Notes under the pieces: model-generated
Databases searched by the model: none
What the model was told of the DNA's origin: nothing
The model's input: only the letters and a program-made list of their open reading frames with translations
Shown here: positions 1-10,147 of the stretch, piece by piece
Layout: every line of letters begins with the position of its first letter
Numbering within the stretch: position 1 is the first letter of the stretch
Origin: an uncultured Acidobacteriota bacterium
GTDB lineage: Bacteria; Acidobacteriota; Terriglobia; UBA7540
NCBI GenBank assembly: GCA_963732975.1
Contig: CAVTBN010000008.1
Coordinates: 7,325-71,324 of the forward strand
DNA length: 64,000 bases
Direction: 5' to 3'
Program-made: the position numbers and the translations under genes

Positions 1-2297
<2,297 letters not shown>

Positions 2298-2301
<4 letters not shown>

Positions 2302-2828
2302 AATTTCTCAGCTTCGTCCGTGTCTTCAATGACGATGTTATCTGCCACCGGCGTGAGTTCGGGCCGTGAGCGTATCGTTTTCATAATATCATCAGCGCGA
2401 AAGCCGCGGCGGATGAGGCTCTGGCAGAGGGAGGCAAGTCTGGCGCGGGTCAGGGGCTTGCGGAGGTTACGGACTTTTTTGTCGAGGGTGCGTTCCAGCA
2501 GTTCGCGTTCGTCGACGGAGGCGAAGGCGTTTTCCACCGCCCGGTCGATCACGTTGTAATCGACCAGCTTGCTTTTCAGTTCTCGCCGGATGCGGTGCCG
2601 GCCGTAGCTGCGCACCCGTGCCAGCGACGAGGCGTAGGCCTCGGCGAACTTTGCATCGTCCAGGTAGCGGAGTTCGCGCAGGCGGGCAATGACCCTGGGA
2701 ATCTCCTCTGAGTCCGGAAACTTTTTTTCCAGAGCCCGCCCGAGTTCGGCCACCGAATAGGGCCGCCGGGAAAGCATGGCGACGGCTGTTTCAAAGGGGG
2801 TTCTTTGTGGGGCTTCCTTGCGTCGCAA
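2298..2828 (-). CDS. recX: recombination regulator RecX
   Basis: 176-aa ORF with a RecX-like helical repeat pattern ([44 protein letters not shown]). It sits directly upstream of alaS with a 4-nt overlap, the classical recX-alaS order. Start 2828 overlaps pilT by 38 nt; an alternative ATG lies at 2777. Confidence 0.85.
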
Positions 2829-3951
2829 AGCGATCCACCTGGCTTGATTTTTCCATTTCGTCCCGCGCGGCGTCCGAGGTGGAACGAATTCCCAGGATAC
2901 GGAGCTTGAATTCGTCGGCGTTGGACGCGTAGAGCAGAGATTCCTGCAGCGAGATCAGTCCCTTAGTGTACAGATCGTAGATCGACTGGTCAAAGGTCTG
3001 CATCCCGTACTGCGAAACGCCGGAGGCAATGGCTTCGCGAATCAGGCGGGTCTTCTCCGGATTGATAATGCAATCGCGGATGTACTCCGTGGTGATCATG
3101 ATTTCAGCCGCAGGCACGCGGCCGGTGCCGTCGGACTTGCGGACCAGCCGCTGGGAAACAATGGCTCTCAGGGTGCTGGCCAGCAGCAGGCGGATCTGTT
3201 TCTGTTCGGGCGGGGGAAAAACGGTGATAATGCGCTGGATGGTTTCCGTGGCATCCAGCGTGTGGAGCGTGGAGAGGACCAGATGGCCGGTTTCCGCGGC
3301 CAGCAGGGCGGTGTGGATGGTTTCAAGATCGCGCATCTCGCCCACCAGGATCACGTCCGGGTCCTGGCGCAGGGCGGCGCGCAGGGCGATGCCGAAGCCG
3401 GAGGTGTCCACTTCCACCTCGCGCTGGTTGACAAAGCCCTTCTTGTCGCGGTGCAGGAACTCGATGGGGTCCTCGATGGTGATGATGTGGTCGGAGCGCG
3501 TGGAATTGATGCGGTCTACCATGGCGGCCAGGGTGGTGGTCTTGCCGCTTCCGGTGGTTCCCGTCACCAGGATCAGGCCGCGCGTTTCCTGGCAGATCTT
3601 TTCCAGCACCCGGGGAAGGACGAGCTCCTCCAGGGTGCGGATCTTGGTGGGAATCACCCGCAGCACCATGCCCACGTTGCCGCGCTGCTGGAACAGGTTC
3701 ACGCGGAAGCGCCCCAGTCCCCCCACCCCGTAGGCCATATCGAGTTCGGTGTTTTCCTTGAATTTCTGCTTCTGGCGGTTGGTCATCATGCTGAAGGCCA
3801 TGTTGACCATCTCTTCGGCGGAGATGCGCGAATACTGCGTCAGGGCGCGCAGTTCGCCGTCGACGCGGATGTAGGGATAATTGCCCACCTTTAGATGAAG
3901 GTCAGAGGCTTTGCTTTCGCAGGCCGTTCGCAACAGCTCGTCGATCGTCAC
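2791..3951 (-). CDS. pilT: type IV pilus twitching-motility ATPase PilT (PilT/PilU family)
   Basis: 386-aa ORF with N-terminus MTIDELLRTACESKASDLHLKVGNYPYIRVDGEL, Walker A GTTGSGKTTTLAAMVD, and the IITIEDPIEF and ILVGEMRDLETI motifs typical of PilT retraction ATPases. Confidence 0.88.
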   Translation of the reverse strand: MTIDELLRTACESKASDLHLKVGNYPYIRVDGELRALTQYSRISAEEMVNMAFSMMTNRQKQKFKENTELDMAYGVGGLGRFRVNLFQQRGNVGMVLRVIPTKIRTLEELVLPRVLEKICQETRGLILVTGTTGSGKTTTLAAMVDRINSTRSDHIITIEDPIEFLHRDKKGFVNQREVEVDTSGFGIALRAALRQDPDVILVGEMRDLETIHTALLAAETGHLVLSTLHTLDATETIQRIITVFPPPEQKQIRLLLASTLRAIVSQRLVRKSDGTGRVPAAEIMITTEYIRDCIINPEKTRLIREAIASGVSQYGMQTFDQSIYDLYTKGLISLQESLLYASNADEFKLRILGIRSTSDAARDEMEKSSQVDRFATQGSPTKNPL

Positions 3952-4257
3952 AGCCAGTCCCGCCAGGTTCTTTGAAAGATTGTGGCACTCCGGCCCGAGT
4001 CCCCCGCTGCCAGGGCGCGCAGGATACCCCGGGCCACAATGCCGGCAGGATTAGTTATCGGCTTGTGACGGATTGCCCTTGAGTTTGCTAGATGTTCAAT
4101 TTCGGCCCCGGACCGGAACCGTTCCCTTCCTCGCGCGCAAACCGGCGCCATCATGCTTTCCGGCTGGGAAGGGCGTGGCGGCGCAAAGAAAATTTGTGCG
4201 GGGCCTGAGCACCTTTGGGAGGATGTGGGAAGGATCTGAATAAGCTTTTCGAACCGC

Positions 4258-4365
4258 TTCTGTGCTCTCCGTGTCTTCAAAGGTTTAACACAGAGACCAC
4301 AGAGGCCCCCGGGTTCTCTCTGTTGAGCTTCTTTGCCACGGAGGTCACGGAGAAATGCGGGAGCC
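4258..4365. repeat. intergenic block of CACRGAG / CTCYGTG short repeats (9-nt spacing) able to form an imperfect hairpin
   Basis: Seen directly: tgtgctctccgtgtcttc ... cacagagaccacagagg ... ccacggaggtcacggagaaatg. The left arm is an imperfect reverse complement of cacagagaccacagagg. It lies between ilvE and pilT with no credible CDS. Confidence 0.5.
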
Positions 4366-4434
4366 CCAATCCCTCTGCCCTGCTCAGGGCACACGGCAGG
4401 AGTCAAGCCTCGTGCGGTGAAAAACCGGCGGCGC

Positions 4435-5379
4435 TTAGTTTGAAGTGGCCACCGGCTGCTTGCAGTAGGTCAGCCAGCCGAACTTGTCTTCAGCGCGGCC
4501 CTCAACGATGTCAAGGTAGCGTTCCTGAAGCTGCTGGGTGACGGGGCCGGGCTGGCCCTTGCCCACCACGATGCGGTCAACAGAGCGGACGGGCGTGACT
4601 TCCGCCGCCGTTCCTGTAAAGAAGACTTCATCGGCGATGTAGAGGATTTCACGCGCCAGCACCTGCTCGATCACCGGGATTCCGGCTTCTTCGGCAAGCT
4701 GAATGATGGACGCCCGGGTGATGCCCGGCAGCACCGAAGAGGCCAGCGGCGGGGTGTAGATCTTTCCGTCGCGCACCACAAAAATGTTTTCACCGCTGCC
4801 TTCACTGATGTTGCCCGCGTGGTCCAGGGCGATGCCTTCCACGTAGCCGTTGGTGATGGCTTCCATCTTGATCAGCTGGGCGTTCATGTAATTGCCCGCG
4901 GCCTTCGCCATGGCCGGCAGGGTGTTGGGGGCAATGCGGTTCCAGGAGCTGACGCAGACGTCCACGCCCTGCTTCAGCGCCTCGTCGCCCAGGTACTTGC
5001 CCCACTTCCAGGCCAGCAGGTAAACCTCCACCGGGTTCTTCAGAGGGCTCACTCCCAGGTTCTCGTAGCCGCGGAAGACGAGCGGGCGGATGTAGCACGC
5101 CTTGACATTGTTGACGCGAACCAGCTCGATCATGGCCTGGCGAAGCTGCTGGCGCGTAAAGCCGGGCTCCGTGCGGTAGATTTTGGCGGAATCCACCAGG
5201 CGGCCGACGTGCGCGTCGAGGTGCAGGATGGCCGCGCCCTGCGGCGTCTCATAAGTGCGCAGGCCCTCAAACAGGCAGCTGCCGTAGCTGACCACGTGAG
5301 AGGCTACATGGATAGTGGCCTCGTTCCAGGAGATGAACTTGCCGTTGTGCCAGACCTTTTCGTAAAAATCCAATGCCAT
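4435..5379 (-). CDS. ilvE: branched-chain amino acid aminotransferase
   Basis: 314-aa ORF with the fold-type IV PLP aminotransferase pattern (HVVSYGSCLFEGLRTYETPQG, YIRPLVFRG, EGSGENIFVVRDGKIYTPP, LPGITR). Confidence 0.9.
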   Translation of the reverse strand: MALDFYEKVWHNGKFISWNEATIHVASHVVSYGSCLFEGLRTYETPQGAAILHLDAHVGRLVDSAKIYRTEPGFTRQQLRQAMIELVRVNNVKACYIRPLVFRGYENLGVSPLKNPVEVYLLAWKWGKYLGDEALKQGVDVCVSSWNRIAPNTLPAMAKAAGNYMNAQLIKMEAITNGYVEGIALDHAGNISEGSGENIFVVRDGKIYTPPLASSVLPGITRASIIQLAEEAGIPVIEQVLAREILYIADEVFFTGTAAEVTPVRSVDRIVVGKGQPGPVTQQLQERYLDIVEGRAEDKFGWLTYCKQPVATSN

Positions 5380-5566
5380 AAACAGTTCTCCTTCCTCCGC
5401 AGCCGGCCCGCAGGTGATGCTTCGTGCTTCCTGTTCAGGGCGACAGAATAATCAGGCCCATTATAGCGCGAATTGGGGCTGTATGGCGGCTCATTTGCGG
5501 CTGGGATGAAGGTGGTGTGGCTGCGTCATGGCTTCAGGGGGGCAAGAGTTGCAAAACCCAGGTATT

Positions 5567-5588
5567 AGCACTAAAGTCACCTTGTCTG
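5567..5588 (+). promoter_or_regulatory. conserved upstream motif AGCACTAAAGTCACCTTGTCTG (copy 1; the paralogous copy is at 9178-9199)
   Basis: 18 of 22 positions are identical to AGTACTAAAGTCAGATTGTCAG at 9178-9199. The two copies lie 76 and 68 nt upstream of the start codons of the paralogous genes at 5664 and 9267. The flanking sequence is otherwise unalignable by eye. Confidence 0.45.
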
Positions 5589-5663
5589 ATGGTTCAATGG
5601 GTGCTATGATCGGTTCGTTGATAGAGACACCTTAGAGTGTCAATAAGGGGGGGGGACGTTTAA

Positions 5664-6125
5664 ATGGTGATGTCAATTGTAGTGCTAGCAGTTTCTGCCG
5701 CGCTGTTTCTCTTTTACATTCAAGCACTTGGCCAGAAAATATTGCGCCAGGAGTTCAGCCATCCGTATTTTCGCGAGATTGTTGATGCCCTGCATCTCGA
5801 GTACTCGCGCCTGCAGGATTCTTATGCATCCGACGGCCCGGGCGATTACAAGGATGCGCGCCTGGCTCTAAAGTGCGATTTCTTTGCGCTGAAGTACCTG
5901 CTGAAAAACGGTGACCCCCAACGGCGGCACCTTTCGCGGCGAGAAAAGATCCTGACGCTTTATTTCCGGCTCCTGTTTTCCTCTCTGCCCATCCGGCATG
6001 CGCTCAATTTCCGTGAAAAAGAGGGGATGCTGGAACTGGCGAGCACCCTCCAGTTTTTTGCGAATTCGGTGGGAGAGAAATTGAGGGTCAATCCCACTGC
6101 GGCCGCTCAGCCTCAGGCTAATTAA
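5664..6125 (+). CDS. hypothetical protein, N-terminal TM helix plus helical domain (cassette copy 1, gene A)
   Basis: 153-aa ORF. The hydrophobic N-terminus MVMSIVVLAVSAALFLFYIQAL is followed by conserved blocks (REFSH.Y.REI, LKCDFFALK, LYFR.LF...PIRHA, LQFFANSVGEKL) shared with the 154-aa ORF at 9267..9731. I recognise no family. Confidence 0.7.
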   Translation: MVMSIVVLAVSAALFLFYIQALGQKILRQEFSHPYFREIVDALHLEYSRLQDSYASDGPGDYKDARLALKCDFFALKYLLKNGDPQRRHLSRREKILTLYFRLLFSSLPIRHALNFREKEGMLELASTLQFFANSVGEKLRVNPTAAAQPQAN

Positions 6126-6155
6126 TCCCGGTAACGTGTTGATAAGGATAACTTC

Positions 6156-6527
6156 GTGGCTTTCAATTCCCTGCATAGGCAAATCATGACTCTGGCGGAC
6201 GAATCGCCCATCCGCAACCTCCAGACCCTTGTGAAGAAACTGGAGGTTGAGAATCCCGCGGACTATGAGGGCCTAAGAGTCGCGGTCCTAGATCGCGGGC
6301 GGTATGACAGGGTCATTCTTGACCTGCGGTGTCCAGCCCCGCTGCGAAACGCCGAGGTGCACGGGATCAGGAAGATTGAGGCCAACAGAGTAGGGAGAAT
6401 ACTTTCAGTCACCGCGGAAGTTAACGGTCCGAAAACCCTCACCATGGTGGAACGATACCTTGTGAATGGTCTTCCGGCTGCACTCCTCTGGCTGGTCAGC
6501 CATCGTTATCGACCCCGCCGGCAGTGA
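6156..6527 (+). CDS. hypothetical receiver (REC)-like single-domain protein, degenerate (cassette copy 1, gene B)
   Basis: 123-aa ORF with a GTG start, 30 nt after gene A. The pattern IMTLADES...YDRVILDLRCP...SVTAEV...ERYLVNGLP resembles the CheY-like beta1 / phospho-Asp (ILDL) / beta4 Thr layout, but it lacks the N-terminal acidic pair and the beta5 Lys. It is paralogous to 9755..10147. Confidence 0.6.
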   Translation: MAFNSLHRQIMTLADESPIRNLQTLVKKLEVENPADYEGLRVAVLDRGRYDRVILDLRCPAPLRNAEVHGIRKIEANRVGRILSVTAEVNGPKTLTMVERYLVNGLPAALLWLVSHRYRPRRQ

Positions 6528-6702
6528 AAGCCTTCTGCGGGTGCTGTTTCAATCAGGCGCCCGGGATACGGACATATCTTCATGCCGGCGGATTTCCTGC
6601 AGCCGCCATTCATTGTTGTAAAACTGCCAGGGTTCAGCCTGTAGCGAAGGGGCGCGGATTCGATCCCGCGGTAACGCCCTGCGGACAGTTTCTTTAACCC
6701 CT

Positions 6703-7329
6703 TCAATAGGACAGCGCGGAAGCCCCTGGCGCCAACCCCTCCTGCCGTGCGCCGAGAACCCGGCCCAATTCCAGGCGGCCGCGATGGACCCGCGATTTGG
6801 CCGTGCCGGAAGGGATTCCCAGCACCCTGGAAACCTCCGTGTATTGCAGGCCCTGAAGATCGCGCAGCGCCACAGCCTCCCGCAAGCCAGGCGAGAGCTG
6901 CTCCAGCGCCTTCTGCAGCAGTGCCTGCCTTTCACTGCGTTCCAACTGGTCGGGCGGCGAGGGTTCGCGGCAAGGGTCCTGCTCCAACTGCAACGACTCT
7001 TCATCGATCGAGACCGTCAGGCGGTGCTTCTTCGAGCAGCGGTAGTAGTCCACCAGGTGGTTCCTGGCCACGCGGAAAAGCCAGGTCGTAAAACTCGCCC
7101 GCCTGCCGTCAAAGCCTCCGATGGCCCGGAAGATTTTGAGGAAAATTTCCTGGGTCAGGTCTTTGGCTTCTTCTTCGCAGCCAGTGGCCCGCAGGCAAAG
7201 CCCGAAAACGTCGCGCGTATGTTTGCGGACCAGTTGGGTCCAGGCCCGCTCTTCGTTCCTGCGGCACCGTTCCAGCAGTTCATTGTCGGGTTCCACGTCA
7301 CACCTCGATTTTTGAAAACCGCCACGCAC
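6703..7329 (-). CDS. RNA polymerase ECF-type sigma-70 family factor
   Basis: 208-aa ORF. Region 2 reads FGLCLRATGCEEEAKDLTQEIFLKIFRAIGGFDGRRASFTTWLFRVARNHLVDYYR. Region 4 reads LSPGLREAVALRDLQGLQYTEVSRVLGIPSGTAKSRVHRGRLEL. The exact start is uncertain. Confidence 0.85.
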   Translation of the reverse strand: MRGGFQKSRCDVEPDNELLERCRRNEERAWTQLVRKHTRDVFGLCLRATGCEEEAKDLTQEIFLKIFRAIGGFDGRRASFTTWLFRVARNHLVDYYRCSKKHRLTVSIDEESLQLEQDPCREPSPPDQLERSERQALLQKALEQLSPGLREAVALRDLQGLQYTEVSRVLGIPSGTAKSRVHRGRLELGRVLGARQEGLAPGASALSY

Positions 7330-7413
7330 CTGAGCGCCGCGGAGAGCGCTCTCAGCCCCCCAGCCCGTCGCCAGGCTGAAGCGCGGCGTGCCCGTCCATA
7401 CGTCCAGGGCGCA

Positions 7414-8115
7414 TCAGGCGCCCGCCCTGATTCCTGCGGCAACAAAGGTCACCAGCCGCCGTATCATGGTTTCCGCGTTCAGCCCTTTCTTAATTTCCGG
7501 CGGCACAGCGCCCTCTCGTCCTGTGGTCAGCAGCGTGTGGTGAAACGCCCCCACCATGAAACGGATCCGCCAGTACATATCCTCATGGGTGAGCCCGGGC
7601 AGGGAACGGGAAACCAAACCGGCAAAACGTATCCATACCTTCTCGAGGTGCGAGCGGATACGCCGTTCAACCTCAGGATTGGGCTCGCCGTAGCAGCGCC
7701 CCACCAGGCGCATGAATGCCGTGTCCCTTTTGCCCGCCGCAAAACTCCGTTCAACGGACGGGCGGATCATGGCTTCGATCAGCGCTTCCAGCCGCGGGGG
7801 CTGGCCGCCTGACTTTCGCTCGACCTCATCCAGCAGCGCCCATTGGCGCTTGCTCACCGGCTCCAGTCGCCGGGTGAAGACCGCGGCCACCAGGTCCTGC
7901 TTGGTTCCGAAATGGTAGTTGATGGCGCCCAGGTTGACTCCCGCCGCGCCGGTGATATCGCGGATGGAGGTAGCGGCGACGCCCCGCTCGGCGAAAAGGT
8001 GCTCGGCCGTGTTGAGAATGACTTCGCGGGTGTTCGCCGGATTTTGCGCGGAGGCGGGTTTTTGTGATGCGGGAAGTCCCGGCCGCGATGGGGTGTGAGT
8101 GTTTATATCGATCAT
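7414..8115 (-). CDS. TetR/AcrR family transcriptional regulator
   Basis: 233-aa ORF with an N-terminal TetR HTH (REVILNTAEHLFAERGVAATSIRDITGAAGVNLGAINYHFGTKQDL). Confidence 0.88.
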   Translation of the reverse strand: MIDINTHTPSRPGLPASQKPASAQNPANTREVILNTAEHLFAERGVAATSIRDITGAAGVNLGAINYHFGTKQDLVAAVFTRRLEPVSKRQWALLDEVERKSGGQPPRLEALIEAMIRPSVERSFAAGKRDTAFMRLVGRCYGEPNPEVERRIRSHLEKVWIRFAGLVSRSLPGLTHEDMYWRIRFMVGAFHHTLLTTGREGAVPPEIKKGLNAETMIRRLVTFVAAGIRAGA

Positions 8116-8152
8116 ACGTCCGTATCATACGAACGTATGAATCACCTGTCAA
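8112..8152 (-). promoter_or_regulatory. tetR promoter (TTGACA-17-TATGAT on the minus strand) overlapped by two tandem near-palindromic operators
   Basis: The minus strand reads TTGACAggtgattcatacgttcgTATGATacggacgtATGatc. The -35 is at 8147-8152, the -10 at 8124-8129, and the spacer is 17 nt. The palindromes are TCATACGaaCGTATGA (8126-8141) and TCATACGtcCGTATCA (8112-8127). The ATG at 8115 lies about 9 nt after the -10. Confidence 0.55.
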
Positions 8153-8255
8153 GCCTTTTCGTAAATTCCAGCCTGCCGCCCCAAGCCTGGCAACCGATTC
8201 CCCCCCGAGGCGGCTGTTTCCAGCCATCACGCTTGTCTGCGGCCCTTCCGGCGGT

Positions 8256-8726
8256 TCATTCCTTCATGCTCTGCGCGAGGTAATTTGCCAGGCCGATCTG
8301 CTGGATCAGGCTTAATTGGGTCTCCAGGTAGTCGGCGTGCCGTTCCTCGTCCTGGAGGTTTGCCTTCAGCAGTTCGGCTGATCCGTCGTCGCCGGCCTTC
8401 CTGCAGGTGGCGATCCCCTCGTTGTAGCTCACGACGGCCGCCTGTTCGCTTTTGAGGTCCGCCCGGAATTGGTCCTCGACATCCCGGCCTGCCACAATTT
8501 TCGGCATGGTTTCCACGTCGGGTGTGCCTTCCAGGAACAGGATGCGCTCCATCAGCCTCTCGGCGTGCTTCATTTCTTCAATGGCGCGACGGGTGGTCAT
8601 TGCCGCCAGAGTTTTGTAACCCCAGTTGTCACACATCTCGGCGTGCAGAATATATCCGTGAACCGCTCCTAATTCGTCGGTTAAGGCCTCCTGCAGGACC
8701 TTGATGACTTCGGGTTTTCCCTTCAT
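8256..8726 (-). CDS. bfr: bacterioferritin
   Basis: 156 aa from the internal ATG at 8726, which has an AAGGAG RBS 6 nt upstream. The sequence MKGKPEVIKVLQEALTDELGAVHGYILHAEMCDNWGYKTL...EEMKHAERLMERILFLEG...QDEERHADYLETQLSLI carries ferritin-like di-iron ligands and a bacterioferritin layout. The 64-aa N-terminal extension of the tracked ORF looks non-coding. Confidence 0.88.
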   Translation of the reverse strand: MKGKPEVIKVLQEALTDELGAVHGYILHAEMCDNWGYKTLAAMTTRRAIEEMKHAERLMERILFLEGTPDVETMPKIVAGRDVEDQFRADLKSEQAAVVSYNEGIATCRKAGDDGSAELLKANLQDEERHADYLETQLSLIQQIGLANYLAQSMKE

Positions 8727-9009
8727 GGTGAGCTCCTTTGAGTGTGCCGTGCCTGTTTCCTCGCATTGGCGCAGACCATACAGGGCAGGGATGGCCGGCA
8801 AGAACTTTCTGAGAGCATCATACACCCGCTGACTCGCAGATGTAATCCCGCTGCGCGCCCCGTGCTGTTGGCGCTGTTCCCGCCGGCGCGCCGTGGGGGC
8901 CCGATTACCCGAGGGCAAACCTCAATGAACTTCTTTCCTTTCCAGCGCGGAGGGTGGTTGTTCCAACCGGGCGCCGGTAAGGGGCTTGCGGCTGGGCGGC
9001 ACTCTTTTA

Positions 9010-9039
9010 ATTCATACGATCGTATGAATCCGCTGTCAA
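9010..9039 (-). promoter_or_regulatory. promoter-like TTGACA-17-TATGAA (minus strand, facing bfr) containing a perfect 20-nt palindrome ATTCATACGATCGTATGAAT
   Basis: The palindrome at 9010-9029 was read directly. The -35 is the reverse complement of tgtcaa at 9034-9039, and the -10 is the reverse complement of ttcata at 9011-9016, with a 17-nt spacer. The half-site is the same as in the tetR operator at 8112-8141. Confidence 0.5.
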
Positions 9040-9266
9040 CCTGGTTTTTGCGCCGCCGGACTTGGCCCAGCCGCAGGGGCGAAACTCAATCTGATATCCG
9101 CCTGGGCATGAATGCTTTAGGGGGATTTCCCGCCCTGCCAGGGGACCCGACCATTAGAACTATGCGTAAGGTGCCCTAGTACTAAAGTCAGATTGTCAGC
9201 TTTGGGTCAGGCCGTTAGAATAAAGCGGTTTGGTAGGAAACTTTTTGCAGGGAGTGGACGCCGCTA

Positions 9267-9731
9267 ATGCTCATGTCGATCATGGTTCTTGTTGTTTCAA
9301 CCGCGCTTTTTTTGTTTTATCTTCAGACGGCTTGCGAGCAGGCCCTGCGCCGGGAGTTCAGCCATTCGTATATCAGGGAGATCATTCAGGCCGTTCGCCT
9401 GGAATACCCGAAACTTCTTGATTCAACAGCCTCGAATGGCCTGCCCAACTACCGGCAGGCGCGGCTTGACCTTAAATGCGATTTCTTCGCCCTGAAGTCC
9501 CTGCTGAAAAAAGTCGATCCCTCAAGGCAGCATCTCACCCGCGGTGAGAGGCTTCTGGGCCTTTATTTCCGCTTTCTGTTTTTCAGCATGCCCATCCGTC
9601 ATGCTTTTAAGCTTCAGGAGCGGGAGGCCGTTTTGAGGCTGGCAACCGTCCTGCAGTTTTTCGCCAATTCGGTAGGAGAGAAACTGAGCGTCAATTCGTT
9701 TGCCGCTGCCGGGGCCAGTCTGAACTCCTAA
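9267..9731 (+). CDS. hypothetical protein, N-terminal TM helix plus helical domain (cassette copy 2, gene A)
   Basis: 154-aa ORF that aligns without gaps to 5664..6125. My hand count gives roughly 60% identity over about 140 residues. Confidence 0.7.
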   Translation: MLMSIMVLVVSTALFLFYLQTACEQALRREFSHSYIREIIQAVRLEYPKLLDSTASNGLPNYRQARLDLKCDFFALKSLLKKVDPSRQHLTRGERLLGLYFRFLFFSMPIRHAFKLQEREAVLRLATVLQFFANSVGEKLSVNSFAAAGASLNS

Positions 9732-9754
9732 AGCCGGCGCGACTTTGAAAGGAT

Positions 9755-10147
9755 TTGCTTATGCCATCCGCCCCGCTGCACCGCCAGGTTCTGGTTTTGA
9801 CCGACAACATCTGTATCCGCAACCTTTTTTGTCTCATGAAAAAACTCGCTGGCGAGGATGCGGCGGATGGGAGCTTGAAGGCCATGGTGGCCATCGCGGA
9901 ACGCGAAGAGTACGATGCCATTATCCTTGACCTGCGGCGGCCGGACGGAAAACCACCGAACGAAACCGGCGAAATCGGGAAAATTCAATCCAGCCGGATC
10001 GACCGGACGCTGACCATCACTGCTGAGGTCTATGGGCGCGAGACGCTGACCCTGATGGAACGATACCTGCTCAGCGGCCTTCCAGGGGCGCTGGCCTGGC
10101 TGGTCGGGCCCCCCGATATGTCACTTCAGCAAATGCAGCACCGCTAG
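9755..10147 (+). CDS. hypothetical receiver (REC)-like single-domain protein, degenerate (cassette copy 2, gene B)
   Basis: 130-aa ORF, 23 nt after gene A. The sequence PLHRQVLVLTDNICIRNLFCLMKKL...YDAIILDLRRPDG...LTITAEV...ERYLLSGLPGAL parallels 6156..6527. Confidence 0.6.
   Translation: MLMPSAPLHRQVLVLTDNICIRNLFCLMKKLAGEDAADGSLKAMVAIAEREEYDAIILDLRRPDGKPPNETGEIGKIQSSRIDRTLTITAEVYGRETLTLMERYLLSGLPGALAWLVGPPDMSLQQMQHR

Noticed and set aside
3948-4406. 152-aa minus-strand ORF filling the pilT-ilvE intergenic region.
   Set aside because: It is low-complexity and R/P/G-rich, and it spans the CACRGAG repeat block. There is no RBS or family signal.
6640-6690. tRNA-like T-arm (gcgcGGATTCGATCCcgcg) suggesting a tRNA gene or a tRNA-derived att remnant.
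   Set aside because: No acceptor-stem partner, D-arm or anticodon arm can be drawn in the preceding 70 nt, and the loop carries an extra base relative to the GGTTCGAnTCC consensus. I treat it as part of a GTAGCG-type hairpin element between convergent genes.
6506-6706. 66-codon ORF overlapping the ECF sigma stop, considered as the missing anti-sigma factor.
   Set aside because: It has a TTG start, no zinc-binding anti-sigma motif, no TM helix and odd composition. It also overlaps the end of the convergent gene and the hairpin element.
8727-8918. 64-aa N-terminal extension of the bacterioferritin ORF (tracked as 8256..8918).
   Set aside because: The extension is R/Q/A-rich with no similarity to Bfr or Bfd. 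A canonical AAGGAG RBS precedes the internal ATG at 8726, which yields a normal 156-aa bacterioferritin.
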